Of a stretch of DNA of 36,619 nucleotides, positions 32,737 to 36,619 are shown piece by piece. Both the position numbers and the translations under genes were made by a program. The notes beneath the pieces are model-generated. The model was not told the DNA's origin and made no database searches. It was given only the letters and a program-made list of their open reading frames with translations. The stretch comes from a virus. Lineage: Duplodnaviria > Caudoviricetes. Numbering within the stretch: position 1 is the first letter of the stretch; the number at the start of each line of letters is the position of its first letter. The DNA is taken from positions 1-36,619 of IMG/VR virus record IMGVR_UViG_3300031470_000049; one strand, written 5' to 3'.

Positions 32737-33306
32737 CTATGCGCTCCGGCTGATGCCGGAGGCGGCGACCTCGCGGTACACCGTCGATCGGCCAAGCCCG
32801 AGTTGGCTGGCCGCTTTAGTGGGCGAGAGGCCGGCCTGGACCAGCTTCAGCGCGGCCTGAACCTTGTCGGCGTCGACGGGCTGGCGACCCGGGACCTTGC
32901 CGCGCGCCCGCGCCGCCGCGATCCCGTCTTTGGTGCGCTCGGCGATCAGCCGCCGCTCGAAGTGGGCGATGGCGCCGAAGACGTGGAAGACGAGTTCGCC
33001 CGCCGCCGAGGAGGTGTCGATCTTCTCCTCCAGGCTGAGAAGCGCCACCCCGCGGCCCTTCAGCTGCTCGACAGTGGAGAGAAGCTCCGCGAGGGAGCGG
33101 CCCAGTCGGTCGAGGCGCACGACGGCCAGGGTGTCGCCGTTGCGGGAGTAGGCCAGGAGCCCGGCCAAGCCCGGGCGGTCCATCGATTTGCCCGAGCGCA
33201 CGTCGGTGAACACCCGGATGGCGCCGGCCTGCTCGAGCCGCATCGTCTGGCCGGTGACATCCTGATCGCCGGTGCTGACGCGGGCGTAGCCGAGCACGTC
33301 CCCCAT
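32737..33306 (-). CDS. tnpR: Tn3-family resolvase
   Basis: GYARVST, DRPGL, RLDRLGRS, FERRLIAERT, C-terminal HTH; divergent from tnpA. Confidence 0.95.
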   Translation of the reverse strand: MGDVLGYARVSTGDQDVTGQTMRLEQAGAIRVFTDVRSGKSMDRPGLAGLLAYSRNGDTLAVVRLDRLGRSLAELLSTVEQLKGRGVALLSLEEKIDTSSAAGELVFHVFGAIAHFERRLIAERTKDGIAAARARGKVPGRQPVDADKVQAALKLVQAGLSPTKAASQLGLGRSTVYREVAASGISRSA

Positions 33307-33449
33307 GGCTGTGCCGTCTCCCAAACGGTCGTTCTCTGGACGGAGCCGCCGGACACGTGAGAAGGCCCTCGAACCCGTCCACAAACTACGTCCCTTTACG
33401 CCTTACTGTCCATGATCAGTCCCGACCTTCTGTGGACGATCGAGGGACG
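33307..33449. promoter_or_regulatory. res site / divergent promoters of the transposon
   Basis: Between tnpR and tnpA; repeated GTCCA/TGGAC half-sites (CGTCCACA...TGTGGACG). Confidence 0.6.
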
Positions 33450-36428
33450 ATGATGGGACGACGTGACCTCCTGAACGCCGACGAGCGCGCCAAGCTTTTC
33501 GGCATCCCGGTCGGACGCGACGCCTTGGCCCGGTGCTACAGCTTCGAGCCAGGTGACCTGGCCTTGATCCAACGACGGCGTGAAGACCGCAACCGGCTTG
33601 GCTTTGCGGTCCATCTCGCCGTCATGCGCCACCCCGGACTGATGCTCAGCCAGATGCTCGCCCAGCCAGGCATCGACCTGACGCCCCTCGTCGACTTCAT
33701 CGCCGAGCAGCTGGAGCTGCCCGCATCGGGGTTCGACGGCTACGCCGCCCGCGAGCAGACCATGACGGACCACGCCGGTGACGTCGCCGCGGCTCTCGGG
33801 CTGCGCCCAGCTACGCGGGCCGATCTGGTGCTCATGATCGACGCCGCGGCAACCGCGGCATGGGCCACGGACAAGGGCGAGGTGATCGTCATGGCCATCA
33901 TCGGCGCACTGCGAGGTGCGGCGATCGTCCTGCCATCCCCGTCGACGATCGAGCGCGCCGGCATCGCCGGGCGCGCGAGGGCCCGCAAGCGAAGCTATGA
34001 AGCCCTGCTCGCCGGCCTCGACCCGGACCAGATCGCGAACCTTGACGGCCTCGTCGCGATCGACCCTACGACGGAGTCGACACGTCTCACCGGGCTGCGG
34101 AGCATCCCGACCGCGCCCAAGCCCGACAACGTGCGGGCGATCCTGGCCAAGCTGGCTGTCGTGCGTGAGATCGGCATACCGCCTGGTGCGGAGACGTCGG
34201 TCCATCCCGACAGATTGCGCGGGCTGGCGCGCGAGGGAAGGCTGTCACCCACCTACCTGATCGAGCGCTACACAGCCGCCCGCCGCCGTGCGACCGTCGT
34301 GGCGCTGCTGATCGAACTGGAAGCGCGCCTGATCGATGCCGCGCTCGCGATGGCCGACCGGCTGATCGGTCAGGCGTTCACCCGAGGAAAGAACGCGCAG
34401 GCTCGCAGCTTCTCGACCTCCGCGCGCGACGTCGGCCGCCTCATGCTGATGTTCCGGGGCACGATCGATGCCCTGAGCGAGGCGACAAAGGCCAAACGCG
34501 ATCCGATGAAGGCCCTGGACGAGGCCGTCGGCTGGGCCAAGCTCTTGCAGGTCCGGGAACAGCTGACCGAGATCGCCGACGCGGCCGTGACCGACCCGCT
34601 CGTCCGGGCAGCCGACCGGCATGCGAGCTTCCGCAAGTTCCTGCCCGCACTCCTGGAGGCAATCGAGTTCAAGGCGGCGCGGACCGGCGACAAGACGGTC
34701 GCCGCCGTCATCCTCATGCGCGACATGTACGCCGGCCGACGACGCGAGATGCCGGGCGACGCGCCTATGCCCTTCAAGAAGGAATGGCGCGGCCTCGTGG
34801 CGGATGCCGAGGGCCGGGTCGACCGGAAGATGTACGAGACCGCGGTCCTGGCCCACCTGCGCAATAAGCTCCGCTCCGGCGACGTGTGGGTCGAGCGCTC
34901 ATCCGGATATCGCCATTTCGACAGCTATATGGTGTCGTCGAAGGAGGCGGAGCCGATCGCCTGCGGCCTGAACCTGCCGGCCACGGCCGACGCCTGGCTC
35001 GACGTGCGCGAGCGCGAGTTGGATTGGCGGCTGAGGCGCTTCTCGAACCGTCTCCAGCGGGGGCGCCTGGAAGGGGTGGAACTGCGTGACGGCCGACTGC
35101 ACATCAGTCCGATCCGGACGGCGACCCCGCCTGAGGCCGATGCGCTCGCGGACAGACTCGACGCGCTGATGCCGCGCATCCGGGTGACCGACCTCTTGTA
35201 TGAGGTGGCGCGGGGCACCGGCTTCCTGTCCGCCTTCACCAATCTTCGGACCGGCGAGCCCTGCCCGAACGAGAATGCGTTGCTGGCCGCCATCCTCGCC
35301 AATGCCACCAACCTGGGCCTCGCTCGCATGGCCGAGGCCAGCCAGGGCGTCACCCGTGACCAGCTGGTGTGGACGGCCGACGCCTACCTTCGCGACGATA
35401 CCTACAAGGCCGCCCTCGCCCGGATCATCGACGCGCACCATGCGCTGCCGATCGCCGCCGTTTGGGGCGACGGCACCACGTCCAGCTCCGATGGACAGTT
35501 TTTCCGCTCGGGCAAGCGAGGTGACGTGGCCGGCGAGGTGAACGCCCGGTACGGTGTCGACCCGGGCTTCAGCTTCTACACCCACGTCTCCGACCAGCAC
35601 GGGCCCTACCACGTGCGCGTGATCTCCGCGGCGATGCACGAGGCGCCCTACGTGCTGGATGGCCTGCTCCACCACGGCTCGGCCCTGCCGATCGCCGAGC
35701 ACTACACCGACACGGGCGGCGCCACCGACCACGTGTTCGCCCTCTGCACCATGCTGGGCTTCCGGTTCTGCCCGCGACTTCGGGACTTCCCTGACCGACG
35801 CCTTGTGTCGATCGCCGCGGCGTCAACCTACCCGGTCCTGATGCCGCTTCTGGGCAAGCGGGTCAGGACCGACATCGTCCGGGAGCACTGGACCGACATC
35901 ATCCGCTTGGTGGCATCCGTCCATTCCGGCCACGTGGCGCCCTCGACCGTGCTGAAGAAGCTCGCCGCCTATGAGCGGCAGAACCAACTCCATCTCGCCC
36001 TGCAGGAGGTGGGCAAGGTGGAGCGGACCCTGTTCATGCTGGACTGGCTGGAGAACCCGGACCTTCGCCGGCGCTGCCAGGCGGGGCTGAACAAGGGCGA
36101 GCAACGACACGCGTTGACGGGGGCGATCTGCACGTTTCGCCAGGGCCGCATCGCGGACCGCACCCACGAGGCTCAGCAATACCGCGCGTCGGGGTTGAAT
36201 CTGGTGATCGCCGCCATCGTGTGGTGGAACTCGACCTACATGGCTGATGCCGTGGCCCACCTGCGCGCCATCGGTGAGAGCGCACCTGACGACCTCGTTG
36301 CCCATACCTCGCCGGTGGGATGGGAGCACATCGCCTTCTCGGGCGACTTCCTGTGGGATCGTGCCTCCGCCATCCCGCCCGGACGACGGGCGCTCAATGT
36401 CGGCCGGGGCGCACGCCGAGCGGCCTGA
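33450..36428 (+). CDS. tnpA: Tn3-family transposase
   Basis: ~990 aa; NRLGFA, SSSDGQ, HYTDTGG, GLNKGE DDE motifs. Confidence 0.97.
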   Translation: MMGRRDLLNADERAKLFGIPVGRDALARCYSFEPGDLALIQRRREDRNRLGFAVHLAVMRHPGLMLSQMLAQPGIDLTPLVDFIAEQLELPASGFDGYAAREQTMTDHAGDVAAALGLRPATRADLVLMIDAAATAAWATDKGEVIVMAIIGALRGAAIVLPSPSTIERAGIAGRARARKRSYEALLAGLDPDQIANLDGLVAIDPTTESTRLTGLRSIPTAPKPDNVRAILAKLAVVREIGIPPGAETSVHPDRLRGLAREGRLSPTYLIERYTAARRRATVVALLIELEARLIDAALAMADRLIGQAFTRGKNAQARSFSTSARDVGRLMLMFRGTIDALSEATKAKRDPMKALDEAVGWAKLLQVREQLTEIADAAVTDPLVRAADRHASFRKFLPALLEAIEFKAARTGDKTVAAVILMRDMYAGRRREMPGDAPMPFKKEWRGLVADAEGRVDRKMYETAVLAHLRNKLRSGDVWVERSSGYRHFDSYMVSSKEAEPIACGLNLPATADAWLDVRERELDWRLRRFSNRLQRGRLEGVELRDGRLHISPIRTATPPEADALADRLDALMPRIRVTDLLYEVARGTGFLSAFTNLRTGEPCPNENALLAAILANATNLGLARMAEASQGVTRDQLVWTADAYLRDDTYKAALARIIDAHHALPIAAVWGDGTTSSSDGQFFRSGKRGDVAGEVNARYGVDPGFSFYTHVSDQHGPYHVRVISAAMHEAPYVLDGLLHHGSALPIAEHYTDTGGATDHVFALCTMLGFRFCPRLRDFPDRRLVSIAAASTYPVLMPLLGKRVRTDIVREHWTDIIRLVASVHSGHVAPSTVLKKLAAYERQNQLHLALQEVGKVERTLFMLDWLENPDLRRRCQAGLNKGEQRHALTGAICTFRQGRIADRTHEAQQYRASGLNLVIAAIVWWNSTYMADAVAHLRAIGESAPDDLVAHTSPVGWEHIAFSGDFLWDRASAIPPGRRALNVGRGARRAA

Positions 36429-36455
36429 ATAGAGTGCGTTCTTCATTCGTTCGCT

Positions 36456-36493
36456 TTTAGCGTTGCTGAGCGAACAACCATCGCGCTGCCCTC
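36456..36493 (-). repeat. Tn3 right inverted repeat
   Basis: Reverse complement GAGGGCAGCGCGATGGTTGTTCGCTCAGCAACGCTAAA. Confidence 0.85.
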
Positions 36494-36619
36494 GTAGAGG
36501 TCCTTGCCTCGCAGAAGTGAGCGATCTGATCGGGATGCAGCCCCTTCAGGCGGCATCAATCGCCAGCCTTGTTGGCGCACTGGCCTCCGTCGCCAGCCGT
36601 TACGTCGGGACAGTTCTGG

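Larger units (their letters stand above)
31537..36493. mobile_element. Complete Tn3-family transposon (SDR passenger, tnpR, res, tnpA)
   Basis: 38-bp imperfect terminal inverted repeats at 31537-31574 and 36456-36493 enclose the resolvase and transposase. Confidence 0.88.

Noticed and set aside
33396-36446. Minus-strand ORFs within tnpA
   Set aside because: Antisense shadows of the transposase
1-36619. Complete prophage
   Set aside because: No large terminase, portal, major capsid, sheath, tube, fibre, holin or endolysin recognised in the window

Overview
High-GC DNA, apparently from an alphaproteobacterial (Hyphomicrobiales/Methylobacterium-like) plasmid. No rRNA, tRNA or CRISPR was seen. 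Left to right: (i) small exported Cys-containing proteins and gene fragments (150-2120); (ii) a translationally coupled mini tail module on the minus strand: HK97-gp10-like protein, 1206-aa tape measure with a C-terminal lysozyme-like domain, gpD-like baseplate hub, gpV-like spike and a small ORF (2323-8278), with no sheath, tube, wedge, fibre, capsid, portal or large terminase gene recognised in the window; (iii) cargo: serine resolvase, exported protein, RelE(Gp49-like)/XRE toxin-antitoxin pair (8600-11840); (iv) a long leftward satellite/PICI-like operon: twin-arginine-leader ORFs, degenerate S24 domain, Xis/AlpA-like HTH, PC4-like protein, TOPRIM-AAA_25 primase-helicase with an iteron cluster, RuvC-like nuclease and an HGGxSTG gene pair (12315-22595); (v) a divergent XRE repressor, RHH-like protein, HEAGH metalloprotease and a HEPN domain fused in frame to an exported domain (22705-26192); (vi) a plasmid backbone: tyrosine recombinase, type Ib parA plus RHH partner with 8-bp repeat arrays, putative Rep with an antisense-RNA-like leader, possible oriT (26189-30987); (vii) a complete Tn3-family transposon with a frameshifted SDR passenger (31537-36493). 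The best candidate for a new system is a plasmid-borne phage satellite that encodes only the core of a tail (tape measure, hub, spike). All protein family calls come from motif recognition by eye and need HMM or structure confirmation.
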